This document shows positions 1 through 9,505 of a stretch of 64,000 nucleotides of DNA, in pieces. The notes under the pieces are model-generated. The model worked only from the letters and a program-made list of their open reading frames with translations. It had not been told where the DNA came from and did not search any database. The DNA is from an uncultured Actinomycetota bacterium (GTDB taxonomy: Bacteria > Actinomycetota > Geothermincolia > Geothermincolales > RBG-13-55-18). Made by a program: the position numbers and the translations under genes. The stretch's first letter is position 1. Each line of letters opens with the position of its first letter. The stretch spans positions 72,452-136,451 of the forward strand of contig CAZGWK010000001.1 in the NCBI GenBank assembly GCA_964529285.1, in the 5' to 3' direction.

Positions 1-1177
1 CAAGCCGCTGCTCCATATCAACGAGGAGTTTTTCCACACCGAAGGACACGATGAGTTCCTCAACCTCGCCTGCAAGGTGGCCTCGCGGCAGGGGATCACA
101 TACTTCGTCTTCGACCGCGGGGACGAGATTACCGTATCCCAATGCTGCCGTCTCAAACTCAAGTTGAACGAGAAGGACCTGCAGGAGGTCATGACCCCGG
201 AGAGGATGCGTTTCACGGCACTCCAGAACATCACCATCAACCTCCCGCGCATCGCCTTCAAGGCCAGCGGTTCCGACGAGGTACTCTTCCACGAACTTGA
301 AAAAGCAATGCAGATGGTGGCAAAAGCGCACACGCAGAAGAAGAAGTTCATCGCCAGCCTTATGGCGCAAGGTGTAGCGGGGCCTCTGTCCGTGCTCTGT
401 GACGCCAAGGACGGCGAGAAATACCTCAGGATGGACAGGCTTACCTATCTCGTGGGGCTTCTTGGCCTCAACGAGATGGTGCAACACCATACCGGCATGG
501 AGCTGCACGAGTCACAGGAAGCTCTCAAATTCGGGCTCAAGGTGGTAGCCAACATGAACCTCATCTGCAAGAAACTCTCGCAGCAATACGGCATCAACAT
601 GGTGTTGGAGGAGTCGCCGGCCGAGTCCAGCGGGTACCGCCTGGCAAAGCTGGACATGAAGTACTACCCGTCCCAGGCGATGAGCGTGCTCAAAGGCAGC
701 GACGAGAGGGACGAGTTCTATTACACCAACAGCGTGCACCTAAACGTGGAGGCGGATATCGATTACATCGAAAGAGTGCAGAAGCAGAGCCTCTTCCACC
801 CGCTAATAGAGGCGGGAGCGATATGTCACGTCTGGCTGGGCGAGCACGAACCGGATCCGGAATCTATAAAGAACTTCGTCATCAAGACTTTCCGCAATAC
901 CCAGTCGTCACAGCTCGCATTCTCTCCGGAGTTCACGGTGTGCGAGGATTGCAGGACGACCAGCCGCGGCCTGCACGAGGAATGCCCCAATTGCGGTTCG
1001 AACAACGTATACGGAATAACCCGCATCGTGGGCTATTTTTCCAAGGTAACCACATGGAACAAGGGCAAGGTCGGAGAGCTCAAGGAGCGCGTAAAGACGG
1101 GACTGAAAGGGGGTTTGGAGCGTGCAGCATTTGAAGGTCTTCGTGAAGCAGGACTGTCAAAAGTGTCCGGCCGCTAA
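1..1177 (+). CDS. nrdD: anaerobic ribonucleoside-triphosphate reductase NrdD, C-terminal part (5' end outside window)
   Basis: The reading frame is open from position 2. The C-terminus has the Zn-ribbon CEDCRTTSRGLHEECPNCGS and the glycyl-radical motif RIVGYFS that define class III RNR. Confidence 0.9.
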   Translation, partial: KPLLHINEEFFHTEGHDEFLNLACKVASRQGITYFVFDRGDEITVSQCCRLKLKLNEKDLQEVMTPERMRFTALQNITINLPRIAFKASGSDEVLFHELEKAMQMVAKAHTQKKKFIASLMAQGVAGPLSVLCDAKDGEKYLRMDRLTYLVGLLGLNEMVQHHTGMELHESQEALKFGLKVVANMNLICKKLSQQYGINMVLEESPAESSGYRLAKLDMKYYPSQAMSVLKGSDERDEFYYTNSVHLNVEADIDYIERVQKQSLFHPLIEAGAICHVWLGEHEPDPESIKNFVIKTFRNTQSSQLAFSPEFTVCEDCRTTSRGLHEECPNCGSNNVYGITRIVGYFSKVTTWNKGKVGELKERVKTGLKGGLERAAFEGLREAGLSKVSGR

Positions 1178-1367
1178 GGAGGTAGCCAACGGGTTCCCCG
1201 CAACGGAGATATACGACGTCGAGCAGGCGGACGGCTTGGCGGAAGCGGCTTATTACAGCGTACTGTGTACGCCATCGATAGTCGTCGTGGACGAGAGCGG
1301 CAGCGAGGTATTCGCCTGGCGTTGTTCGGTGCCGACTCCCGCGGACATCTCGGAACGTTTTAACTGA
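1122..1367 (+). CDS. small glutaredoxin/thioredoxin-like protein with a CQKC active site (NrdH/YruB-like)
   Basis: 81 aa with a CxxC motif near the N-terminus. A GTG start follows an AAAGGGGG RBS. The gene overlaps the nrdD 3' end and is immediately followed by nrdG. Confidence 0.6.
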   Translation: MQHLKVFVKQDCQKCPAAKEVANGFPATEIYDVEQADGLAEAAYYSVLCTPSIVVVDESGSEVFAWRCSVPTPADISERFN

Positions 1368-1368
1368 C

Positions 1369-2088
1369 ATGTCCTGCCTGGAGAACATCAGGGGTATCCT
1401 GCCATCCAGCATGCTGGATTGGCCGGGAAAGATATGTTCCGTCCTCTTCCTGGCGGGCTGCAATTTTCGTTGTCCCTACTGCCACAACCCGGAATTGCTC
1501 AAAGTGGGAAGTAGCGAAGACAATATCGCCTGGGAGGGCATCGAGCATTATCTGGCAGAACGCAGAGGGTGGATCGACGGGGTCTCGATCACCGGCGGGG
1601 AACCCACCCTGCATGCCGACGTGCCGCTGCTGTGTGAGAGACTGCGGAAATTGGGAATGGCCGTAAAGCTGGACACAAACGGCTCGCATCCGCGCTTGCT
1701 GGCGGAGATATTATCGCAAGGGCTGGTGGACTTCGTGGCCATGGACCTCAAGACCGCCCTGCAGAGATACCCGGAGGTGGTGCGGGCCCCGGTGGATCCT
1801 TCTGCCATCGGGGAGTCTTTAGACATGATCATACGTAGCGGGGTGGAGCATGAGTTCCGCTGCACGTTGGTTCCCGGGCTCGTAGACCTGGACGATCTGG
1901 AATCTCTTGCGCAAAGAGCCGAGGGCGCGAAGGCATTCGTACTACAACAGTTCCGCTCGGACATCACTCTGGACCCCGCCTATACGGGGGCGGAAGGATA
2001 CCCGGAGGCAACCGTGCTCGCATGGGCCAACAAGCTGAACCGGCTCGTACCCACCCAAGTAAGAGGATTGGTGTCCGCCCCGCATTGA
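1369..2088 (+). CDS. nrdG: anaerobic ribonucleotide reductase activating protein (radical SAM)
   Basis: Carries the radical-SAM CNFRCPYCHN cluster motif. The ATG is 1 nt after the upstream stop and lies directly downstream of nrdD. Confidence 0.9.
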   Translation: MSCLENIRGILPSSMLDWPGKICSVLFLAGCNFRCPYCHNPELLKVGSSEDNIAWEGIEHYLAERRGWIDGVSITGGEPTLHADVPLLCERLRKLGMAVKLDTNGSHPRLLAEILSQGLVDFVAMDLKTALQRYPEVVRAPVDPSAIGESLDMIIRSGVEHEFRCTLVPGLVDLDDLESLAQRAEGAKAFVLQQFRSDITLDPAYTGAEGYPEATVLAWANKLNRLVPTQVRGLVSAPH

Positions 2089-2453
2089 TACGCGGCGGTG
2101 ACAGGAAGATTATCCGCACGCGCAGCTGTAGTGTTTGGAGGCAGCATGCATGAGGGGCAGGTCGGTGGAAGAGGTGAGAATAAAACGCAGGCGGTGCAGG
2201 CGGGAAAACAGCTTTGCGTCAGCGAGACGATAATTCCGCGCGGCTCCCGACACAGCTTGAACCTGGTCTATCGCGGTATGGGTACGGGAGGGGGGTTGAG
2301 GACGTCTCCGGACGTGAGGATGGCCGGCAGGGAGTTCGTGGACCTGCGAGATATTTACCCCGCGCCGGTCCCTCGAACAGACGCCGGTTGCTGCCGCCCC
2401 GGTTTTTGCGGCGCCGGAGCGTACGCGCCTGGATCCTGGAGGGATAACAGGAT

Positions 2454-3086
2454 ATGACGGAGAAGGAACAAGGCGGGGCGCAGGACCCTTTCCTGGAGCC
2501 CAGTGAAGTATTGCGTAAGGGCGATCCCGCGGAAATCGCGGAGAGAGCGGGTTTGCCTTTCACGGACGGAGAGTTCAGGCTGTCGTTCATGCGCTGGGAA
2601 ATACGCATCGGTTTCCCGGACCTCTCTTGCGAAGCCCCTGATTTCCTAGCTACCTACGTGGTAAAACTGCTGGCGATCCTCTATATGGCAAATTCCAGGG
2701 CGACCCCGCTTGCCAACCAGTGGGTGCCGTACCGGGAGTTGAAAGACGGTATGTTCTATGCAAAGAGCTTCGCGGATACCGTGGAGGACAGGATATGCCG
2801 CAGGTTTGGCGAGGATTTCGATGGCATGCGTGCAGCCTGCGAGGCGCTGGGCGGAAGGGAAGTCGACCAGGGAGATCTGGGCATGGTGATAAAGACCTTC
2901 CCTCGGCTTCCGCTGCTGTTCATCATCTGGCGGGGGGACGAGGAGTTTCCTCCCAATGCCAGGATATTATTCGACGCCGCGGCGACGGAATATCTCAACG
3001 CTTTCGAACTGCGCATGCTCTGCGGGGAAGTAGTAAACCGTCTTATACGCATAGCAGATGGAAAACTGGAAGTTCCGCCGCCTTGA
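2454..3086 (+). CDS. DUF3786-like protein of unknown function
   Basis: 210 aa behind a GGAGGG RBS. The pattern LAILYM…VPYRELKDGMFY…F…R…FG resembles DUF3786 members. Confidence 0.5.
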   Translation: MTEKEQGGAQDPFLEPSEVLRKGDPAEIAERAGLPFTDGEFRLSFMRWEIRIGFPDLSCEAPDFLATYVVKLLAILYMANSRATPLANQWVPYRELKDGMFYAKSFADTVEDRICRRFGEDFDGMRAACEALGGREVDQGDLGMVIKTFPRLPLLFIIWRGDEEFPPNARILFDAAATEYLNAFELRMLCGEVVNRLIRIADGKLEVPPP

Positions 3087-3208
3087 TGCCGTGGCGCGAA
3101 CGGGTATGGCCTTGCGAGAGTAAGCACACACCCGGGCGTGCGAACCATGGCTCGAAATCATTACAGCAGCAGCACGCTTCATGGCGTTCCGGGAAGGATA
3201 GTACATAA

Positions 3209-3246
3209 TATAGTTAACTATTAAATAGTAAACAGTTAACTATTGG
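3209..3246 (+). promoter_or_regulatory. tandem palindromic operator ATAGTTAACTAT / CAGTTAACTATT immediately upstream of the PadR gene
   Basis: Two copies of the AGTTAACT inverted repeat lie 10–45 bp upstream of the ATG in an AT-rich stretch. Confidence 0.5.
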
Positions 3247-3256
3247 AGGTGATGGC

Positions 3257-3808
3257 ATGGTCTCCAGCGTGGCGACCATGGTATTGGGGCTTCTCGCCGA
3301 AGGGGAAAGGCACGGCTACGATCTCCTGCGTGAGATGGAAGAGAGGGGCATGTCGCGCCGGACGCGCGTCAGCAAGGTGGCGGTGTACAAGGCACTGGCG
3401 CGCATGGAGAGAGAGGGATGTCTTATATCCTGGACGGAAAGGGAAGGGAATCTGCCCGAAAAGCGCATATACGCCATAACCTCCGAGGGTCGTGAGCGGC
3501 TCAAGGAAATGGTATATTCCATCTGCTCCAACCAGGAACCGCTGCGCCTGGATATGTCGGCCGGGATTGCTTTTTTAAGCTGCCTTGACCGCGAGGAGGC
3601 AACGGACGCCTTGCAGGCCAGGATGTCTTTCCTCGCAACGGAGTTAAAGAGGTTGCGCAGGGAGAGGGATATCATGCATGGTATCGCTGATGATATATTC
3701 ATGGATATACTCGCTCGCGAGCAATCCGCTTACCGGGCGGAGTTGCGCTGGTTGCGGGGGATTGTTGATAGAATTGGGGGAAGCGGCTCGACAGCCGCAG
3801 TTAATTGA
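3257..3808 (+). CDS. PadR family transcriptional regulator
   Basis: The N-terminal wHTH (VLGLLAEGERHGYDL…KALARMEREGCLISW) is typical of PadR. Confidence 0.85.
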   Translation: MVSSVATMVLGLLAEGERHGYDLLREMEERGMSRRTRVSKVAVYKALARMEREGCLISWTEREGNLPEKRIYAITSEGRERLKEMVYSICSNQEPLRLDMSAGIAFLSCLDREEATDALQARMSFLATELKRLRRERDIMHGIADDIFMDILAREQSAYRAELRWLRGIVDRIGGSGSTAAVN

Positions 3809-3829
3809 ACGGGTGCAAAGGAATCCGCC

Positions 3830-4444
3830 GTGACGGGAGACGACAGGTTAAAAAGGATCCTGGAGGAAGCGGAGCAATATGCCTTCGAGGTCGGGTACCG
3901 CCGCTTCAAGATGGACGAGCTCTCGCAGAGGCTGCGCATGAGCAAGAAGACCATCTACGAATCCTTTTCGTCAAAGGATGAGTTGTTCACGACCGTACTC
4001 AACCGCAGGGCGGGGAAGATTCTCAGAGGCATGCAGGAGATCATGGACCTGGACGCCGACGCCATGACCAAACTCTACCTGATGAGCAAACACGTGGTTG
4101 ACGAGGTCTCGTACATAAAGCCTTTTCTGGTAAAGGAAGTAGAGACATTCTTCCCGGAGGTCTTCATCGTATATGGCGATTTCTACCGCAAGATCGTCAG
4201 CGCTCTTACGCAGATAATAGAGGAAGGGGCAAGGGAGGGGGAGTTCCGCTCCGATGTCAATCCAGTTGTCCTCGCATACCTGGTGCAGGGCATCGTCGAT
4301 CTCTCAAGCAGCCCTTATCTGCTCATAGAGAGCGGCCTCAGTCTGGACGAGGTATTCATGGCTTTTATGAAGATCCTCATGGAGGGGATCGCGCGCAAGA
4401 ACGGGGTGAAAATCGCAAGTAGAGGGAAGTTATCGCTATCTTGA
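3830..4444 (+). CDS. TetR/AcrR family transcriptional regulator
   Basis: The N-terminal HTH (FKMDELSQRLRMSKKTIYESFSSKDELF) matches the TetR signature. Confidence 0.85.
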   Translation: MTGDDRLKRILEEAEQYAFEVGYRRFKMDELSQRLRMSKKTIYESFSSKDELFTTVLNRRAGKILRGMQEIMDLDADAMTKLYLMSKHVVDEVSYIKPFLVKEVETFFPEVFIVYGDFYRKIVSALTQIIEEGAREGEFRSDVNPVVLAYLVQGIVDLSSSPYLLIESGLSLDEVFMAFMKILMEGIARKNGVKIASRGKLSLS

Positions 4445-4474
4445 CAGAAAGGAATGGGAGTGCTTGAATAACCT

Positions 4475-4506
4475 AAACTAATAAACGATATTTAGTTTAT
4501 TAGTTT
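4475..4506 (+). promoter_or_regulatory. perfect 12-bp inverted repeat AAACTAATAAAC-N8-GTTTATTAGTTT, a candidate TetR operator
   Basis: It lies in an AT-rich intergenic region between the TetR gene and the thioesterase–SDR–ACAD operon. Confidence 0.45.
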
Positions 4507-4673
4507 CCATTCGTAGCGTTATCGCTCTATACTTCAGGTCACAGCGGCGGCAGGGAAACTGGTTAACTTAGCATTCCTCGGGTTAAAAGCGCCGGTAAAA
4601 GGCCCGATCGATCTCATCATGATGACCGAGGTCCGGCAAACAGGGTTCGCAGCCGTGCGTCGAAAAAGGGGAA

Positions 4674-5102
4674 GTGGAGATGGAGGAAAAAGTAACCGGG
4701 GATAGCAGGGAATTTATCGCAAGAGACCCTTTCGCGGCCAGTATAGGCGCCGAGCTCATGGAGATGCGGCCGGGATATGCCAGGGTCGCGATGAAGCTCG
4801 CAGAAGGCCATCTCAACTTCATGGGCATGATACATGGAGGGGTGATCTTTTCCCTTGCAGACGTCGCTTTCGGAGCGGCGGCGAATTCCTTCGGGAGCAG
4901 GGCGATGGCGTTATCGGTGGGGATAGATTTCCTGGCAGCACCGAGACTCACGGGGGAGATGACGGCGGAGGTCGAGTTGGTGACGCGTGCGGGGAAGATG
5001 GGGTTCTATCGCATGAAGGTGGATGACGCGGAGGGATCTACCGTAGCGCAGTGCCATGGCTGGGCTTACCATACAGGAAAACCATTGCAGGCAGAGAAGT
5101 AG
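4674..5102 (+). CDS. PaaI/4HBT-family hotdog thioesterase
   Basis: 142 aa with the HGGVIFSLADVAFG motif. Confidence 0.8.
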   Translation: MEMEEKVTGDSREFIARDPFAASIGAELMEMRPGYARVAMKLAEGHLNFMGMIHGGVIFSLADVAFGAAANSFGSRAMALSVGIDFLAAPRLTGEMTAEVELVTRAGKMGFYRMKVDDAEGSTVAQCHGWAYHTGKPLQAEK

Positions 5103-5126
5103 ACAGGTCGGATCAGGCTAGGAGGG

Positions 5127-5891
5127 ATGCTTATGTCTCTTGAAGGCAAAGTAGCGCTGGTGACGGGTGGTTCGGGGGGGTTGGGCAGGGTGCACGGACT
5201 CGTGCTTGCCGAGCACGGTGCGGATGTAGCCCTCGTTTACAACCGCAACGAAGCGAAGGCCCTTGAGGTAGCGAAGGAGATCGAGGAAAAAGGCCGCAAG
5301 GCGCTTGCTGTCAGGATGGACCTGGCCGATGAGTCGTCCATCAACGAAGGTGTCGCGCAGGTGGAGCGGGAGCTTGGCAGCGTGGATATTCTGGTAAATA
5401 ATGCGGCCCAGGGCATCGTACGCGCCATCACCGTAACCGATATGAGCAAGGATGACTGGGACGCCGATGTGGCAGTGAATATCACCGCTCCTTTCCTGCT
5501 CATTAAAGCAGTCTTCTCGGGTATGGCCGATAAAGGATGGGGGCGCATCATCAACGTATCCTCGGTCACGGGGACCATGGGCGGATTCGGACAGTGCAGC
5601 TACGCCGCCACCAAGGCGGGGATGATCGGGCTCACGAAGACGGTCGCCCTGGAGGGGGCGCGCAAGAACATAACCTGCAACGCCGTGGTGCTGGGAGTAT
5701 TCGACGCGGGAAGCTTCTATGACGTGGCGGAGCCGTTCCGCGAGCGCATCACCAAGAGAGTCGCCCTGCGTCGCTCAGGCGACCCCAGGGAGTTGTCGGA
5801 GGTAATAGCGTTCCTTGCCTCCGAGGAAGCGAGCTTCGTTACCGGCGAGGCAATCGAGGTGAGCGGCGGCATAAGCCTTTTCACGTTCTAG
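5127..5891 (+). CDS. SDR family oxidoreductase (3-oxoacyl/3-hydroxyacyl reductase-like)
   Basis: Has TGGSGGLG, NNAA and YAATKAG motifs. Confidence 0.85.
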   Translation: MLMSLEGKVALVTGGSGGLGRVHGLVLAEHGADVALVYNRNEAKALEVAKEIEEKGRKALAVRMDLADESSINEGVAQVERELGSVDILVNNAAQGIVRAITVTDMSKDDWDADVAVNITAPFLLIKAVFSGMADKGWGRIINVSSVTGTMGGFGQCSYAATKAGMIGLTKTVALEGARKNITCNAVVLGVFDAGSFYDVAEPFRERITKRVALRRSGDPRELSEVIAFLASEEASFVTGEAIEVSGGISLFTF

Positions 5892-6010
5892 GGGGACGCG
5901 GGACCGAACCGTAAAAGGCCAGGGGTCCGCGAGCGTACGCGCGCTGCTGAGGCGCCCGGCCCGAGCCCGCGAGACAAGGAAACCACCGCAATAGAATACG
6001 GAGGAGAGAA

Positions 6011-7150
6011 ATGGGATTCTACCTGACGCCCGAGCAGGGGGCGCTGCGCAAAGAGATACGAAAACTGGCAGAGGAAAAGGTTGCCCCCAGGGCGGCGGAT
6101 ATAGACCGCTCCGGGGAGTATCCCTGGGACATGCAGAGACTCCTCGCTTCCCAGGGATTACTCGGCTATGCCATCCCCGAGGAGTACGGAGGGTCGGGAG
6201 CGGACCTCCTGTCCTGCTGTATAGTGGGGGAAGAACTGGCACGCATATGCGCCACGACATCCCTCATCTTCGTCGTGCAGAAACTTGCCGTGTACCCCAT
6301 CGTCATAGCCGGCTCTGATGAGACGAAACAGAAGTACCTGCCTGCCGCTGCCAGAGGCGAGAAGCTGGCGGCTTTCTGCCTCACCGAGAGGGATTCCGGT
6401 TCCGACGCCGGCGCCACCAAGACGATAGCCCGCAGGCATGGCGACGATTATATAATATCCGGCGAGAAGTGTTTTATAACCAACGGGGGACTGGCAAAGA
6501 TACACTCCCTTTTCTGCATGACGGACCCCGAAAAGGGATACAGGGGCATAAGCGCCTTCTGTGTGGGGGAGGCGGAGGGCCTCTCCGCGGGAAAGATAGA
6601 GGATAAAATGGGGCTGCGCGGCGCCCAGGTCACAGAGCTTAGCTTCGACGAGTGCCGCGTCCCCGCCGGGGACCGCCTGGGCGAGGAGGGAACGGGTTTT
6701 GTGACCGCCATGAAGACGCTGGACAACTCCCGGCCCCTGGTGGGCGCACAGGCCCTGGGCATCGCGCAGGGCGCCATGGAGTGCGCAGTGGAGTGGGCGC
6801 GGGAACGCCGGGCATTCGGCAAGCCCATAGGCATGCTGCAGGGGGTCGGTTTCATATTGGCGGACATGGCCACCGAGGTGGAGTCGTCCCGCCTGCTGGT
6901 GTACAAGGCCGCCAGCATGGCGGACAACAAGGACCCCGAACTGTCTATATATTCCGCCATGTCCAAGATGAAGGCTTCTGATACGGCCATGCGGGTGACC
7001 ACCGACGCCGTCCAGGTCATGGGGGGTTACGGTTACATGAAGGACCACCCGGTGGAGCGCATGATGCGCGATGCCAAGATCACGCAGATATACGAAGGCA
7101 CCAACCAGGTGCAGAGGCTGGTGATCTCGCGGACGCTGCTCAAGGGGTAA
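6011..7150 (+). CDS. acyl-CoA dehydrogenase
   Basis: 379 aa with typical ACAD N-, middle and C-terminal domain motifs, including the catalytic Glu region YEGTNQVQ. Confidence 0.9.
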   Translation: MGFYLTPEQGALRKEIRKLAEEKVAPRAADIDRSGEYPWDMQRLLASQGLLGYAIPEEYGGSGADLLSCCIVGEELARICATTSLIFVVQKLAVYPIVIAGSDETKQKYLPAAARGEKLAAFCLTERDSGSDAGATKTIARRHGDDYIISGEKCFITNGGLAKIHSLFCMTDPEKGYRGISAFCVGEAEGLSAGKIEDKMGLRGAQVTELSFDECRVPAGDRLGEEGTGFVTAMKTLDNSRPLVGAQALGIAQGAMECAVEWARERRAFGKPIGMLQGVGFILADMATEVESSRLLVYKAASMADNKDPELSIYSAMSKMKASDTAMRVTTDAVQVMGGYGYMKDHPVERMMRDAKITQIYEGTNQVQRLVISRTLLKG

Positions 7151-7304
7151 CGGATACGGGCACCACGCGGGGGATGTGTCCTGACGGGATCCCGCATTGC
7201 TGCGGCGGGCAGCCGGGGGCCGCGCCGCTTGAGAGATGGGCGTTACCCGGGCCGCTATGCGGGAAGAAAAGATTGAAAATACTCGAAAAGAGGGGTTGAT
7301 GAAG

Positions 7305-8978
7305 ATGGCAGACAGCGAGGAGATCAGGCAGGGATTGGAAGAGTGGAGGGAGGAGAAGGAGGGCTGGGAAGAGCGCAACCCGGATTTAAGGAGCGACGCC
7401 GGCATCCCGGTAAAGGACCTCTACACACCGCTTGACACCGCTGACATCGACTACGTAAGAGATATCGGCTTTCCCGGCCGTCCGCCCTATACCAGGGGCG
7501 TTTACCCGACGATGTATCGCGGAAGGCACTGGACTATCCGCATGTTCAGCGGACATGGGACTCCGGAGGAGACCAACGACCGCTGGCGGATGCTTTACGA
7601 AGAGGGCGAGACGGGTTTTTCGGCCGCCGTGGATTCACTGACCTTCTCCGGGGTCGATCCCGACCAGGACGTGCACGGCGCAGCTCACGAGGTAGGCAAG
7701 GAAGGGGTGCCCCTCTATTCCATACGCGGCGTGGAAGCACTGGTCGAGGACCTGCCCATCGACAAGATGAGCGTGGCCCTCGTAGTGGAGCCCATGACCT
7801 CCGCGGCGATAACCTCCATGTACTTCAACGTGGCCAGAGAGCGCGGTATGCGCAAGGAACAGCTTGCCGGTACTACCCAGAACGATATCCTCACCATGAC
7901 CATAGGCTACATACCGTGGGGATCGCTGAAACCCGCCGACCTCCTCAAGCTCGCATGCGACCTCATCGAGTACTGTACCGCGATGGGCGAGGCGCCCCGC
8001 TGGAACCCCGTCAATTTTACGACTTATAACTACCGGGAGGGCGGCATAGACGCCGTACAGGAGATAGGGATGGGGCTGGCGAACGCCGTTGCCCATATAG
8101 AGGAACTGCTGCGGCGGGGATGGAAGATCGACGACTTCGTCCACCGGCTGGCCTTCCATCTCTCGGCACACCGTGACTTCTTCGAGGAGATCGCCAAGTA
8201 CCGGGCGGCCCGCAAACTGTGGTACCGGCTGATGAAGGAACGCTACCAGCCGGAGAATCCCGATGCCTACCGGTTCCGCTTCCACGTGCAGACGGCGGGG
8301 TGCTCCCTGACGGCAAAACAGCCCAAGGTAAACATAATGCGTACCGCTTACCAGGCGCTCGAGGCCGTCCTCGGGGGTACGCAGTCCCTGCATACCAACT
8401 CCTACGATGAAGCCATCTGTCTTCCTTCCGAGGAGTCGGTAAGGCTCGCGGTGCGCACCCAGGAACTCATCCAGGAGGAGACCGGGGTCGCCAACGTGGT
8501 GGATCCCCTGGCGGGGTCGTATTACGTGGAATCGCTCACGCGCGAGCTGGAGGAGCGCATCTGGGATTATTTCATGCACATCGAGGAAATGGGGGGCGTA
8601 GTCGAGGCCCTTAACACGGGCTGGCTCTTCAACGAGATGAGCAAGGCTTTCAACAAGCGGCGCAGGGACCAGGAGAGCGGCGACGAGAGGATAATCGGCG
8701 TCAACTGCTACGTGATGGAAGACGAAGAAACGACCCCGCCTTTCCGTACCAATCCCAGGGCATCAGACATAGAAAAGGAGAGACTGGCAGCGCTGCGGCG
8801 GGAAAGGGACGAGACGGCGGTGGCCGGACTCCTGGACCGCTTGCGCCAGGTGTGCGAGAAAAGGGAAAACGTCCTGCCGGTGGTGAGCGAACTCACCATG
8901 GCGGGCGCCACCCTGGGCGAGATAACCGGTGTCTATCGCGAGATATGGGGCATCTGGCAGTTGCCCTTCGTAGCCTGA
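7305..8978 (+). CDS. acyl-CoA mutase large (catalytic) subunit, methylmalonyl-CoA mutase family
   Basis: Homologous to the MCM/ICM catalytic TIM-barrel (RMFSGHGTPEETN, TAGCSLTAKQP). The ATG at 7305 has a GAGGGG RBS; the ORF track starts earlier at 7236. Confidence 0.85.
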   Translation: MADSEEIRQGLEEWREEKEGWEERNPDLRSDAGIPVKDLYTPLDTADIDYVRDIGFPGRPPYTRGVYPTMYRGRHWTIRMFSGHGTPEETNDRWRMLYEEGETGFSAAVDSLTFSGVDPDQDVHGAAHEVGKEGVPLYSIRGVEALVEDLPIDKMSVALVVEPMTSAAITSMYFNVARERGMRKEQLAGTTQNDILTMTIGYIPWGSLKPADLLKLACDLIEYCTAMGEAPRWNPVNFTTYNYREGGIDAVQEIGMGLANAVAHIEELLRRGWKIDDFVHRLAFHLSAHRDFFEEIAKYRAARKLWYRLMKERYQPENPDAYRFRFHVQTAGCSLTAKQPKVNIMRTAYQALEAVLGGTQSLHTNSYDEAICLPSEESVRLAVRTQELIQEETGVANVVDPLAGSYYVESLTRELEERIWDYFMHIEEMGGVVEALNTGWLFNEMSKAFNKRRRDQESGDERIIGVNCYVMEDEETTPPFRTNPRASDIEKERLAALRRERDETAVAGLLDRLRQVCEKRENVLPVVSELTMAGATLGEITGVYREIWGIWQLPFVA

Positions 8979-8993
8979 GATGGGAGGAGTGAG

Positions 8994-9401
8994 ATGGAGA
9001 AAAAGATAAGGGTCCTCCTCTTCAAGCCGGGCCTCGACGGCCACTGGCGCGGGATCATGACCGTCTCGAAGGCGCTCTCCGAGGCGGGAATGGAGACGAT
9101 ATTCTTTGGGTTCAAGACCGTCGCGGGAGTGGTCGAGGCGGCCATCCAGGAGGACGTTGACATTATAGGCTTCTCCGTGCATTCCGGTGCGCATCTCGAG
9201 TGGGCCGGCGAGCTCGTGAGGGAGTTGGAGGAGAAGGGCGCCAGAGAAGATTTCATATTGCTCGTCGGAGGGGTATTCCCGGAGCAGGACCACGCCGAGC
9301 TGAAGAAGATAGGCATGCACGGTGTCTTCGGGCCCGGCAGTGCGACCGCTGACATCGTCGCCTTTATAGAGGAAATAACGGGAAGCGTGAAAGTCGATTG
9401 A
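8994..9401 (+). CDS. cobalamin-binding small subunit of acyl-CoA mutase
   Basis: 135 aa with the DxHxxG motif (DGHWRG) and a B12-binding Rossmann fold. Confidence 0.8.
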   Translation: MEKKIRVLLFKPGLDGHWRGIMTVSKALSEAGMETIFFGFKTVAGVVEAAIQEDVDIIGFSVHSGAHLEWAGELVRELEEKGAREDFILLVGGVFPEQDHAELKKIGMHGVFGPGSATADIVAFIEEITGSVKVD

Positions 9402-9505
9402 GGGCGGAGGGATAAAGACACCTGCAGGTTAACGGGCGGACCGTCGAAGACGCTCATGGGACGGACGACCGCCCGGTACCGCTAGCAACTTAAGGAGGTC
9501 GGGTG

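Noticed and set aside
2098-2457. 119-aa ORF (and an overlapping minus-strand ORF) in the nrdG–DUF3786 spacer.
   Set aside because: It has no RBS, a Gly/Arg-rich low-complexity composition, and overlapping ORFs on both strands. It is more likely non-coding GC-rich spacer.
6158-7405. 415-aa ORF antisense to the acyl-CoA dehydrogenase and mutase genes. Similar long antisense ORFs occur at 7635–8579, 9482–10351, 13569–14186, 20539–21633, 23645–24316, 25011–25721, 30309–31019, 55481–56548, 56680–57405 and 60768–62030.
   Set aside because: Each lies opposite a gene with unambiguous conserved-family motifs. Their translations are low-complexity and Arg/Pro/Gly-rich, as expected for the reverse strand of high-GC coding DNA.
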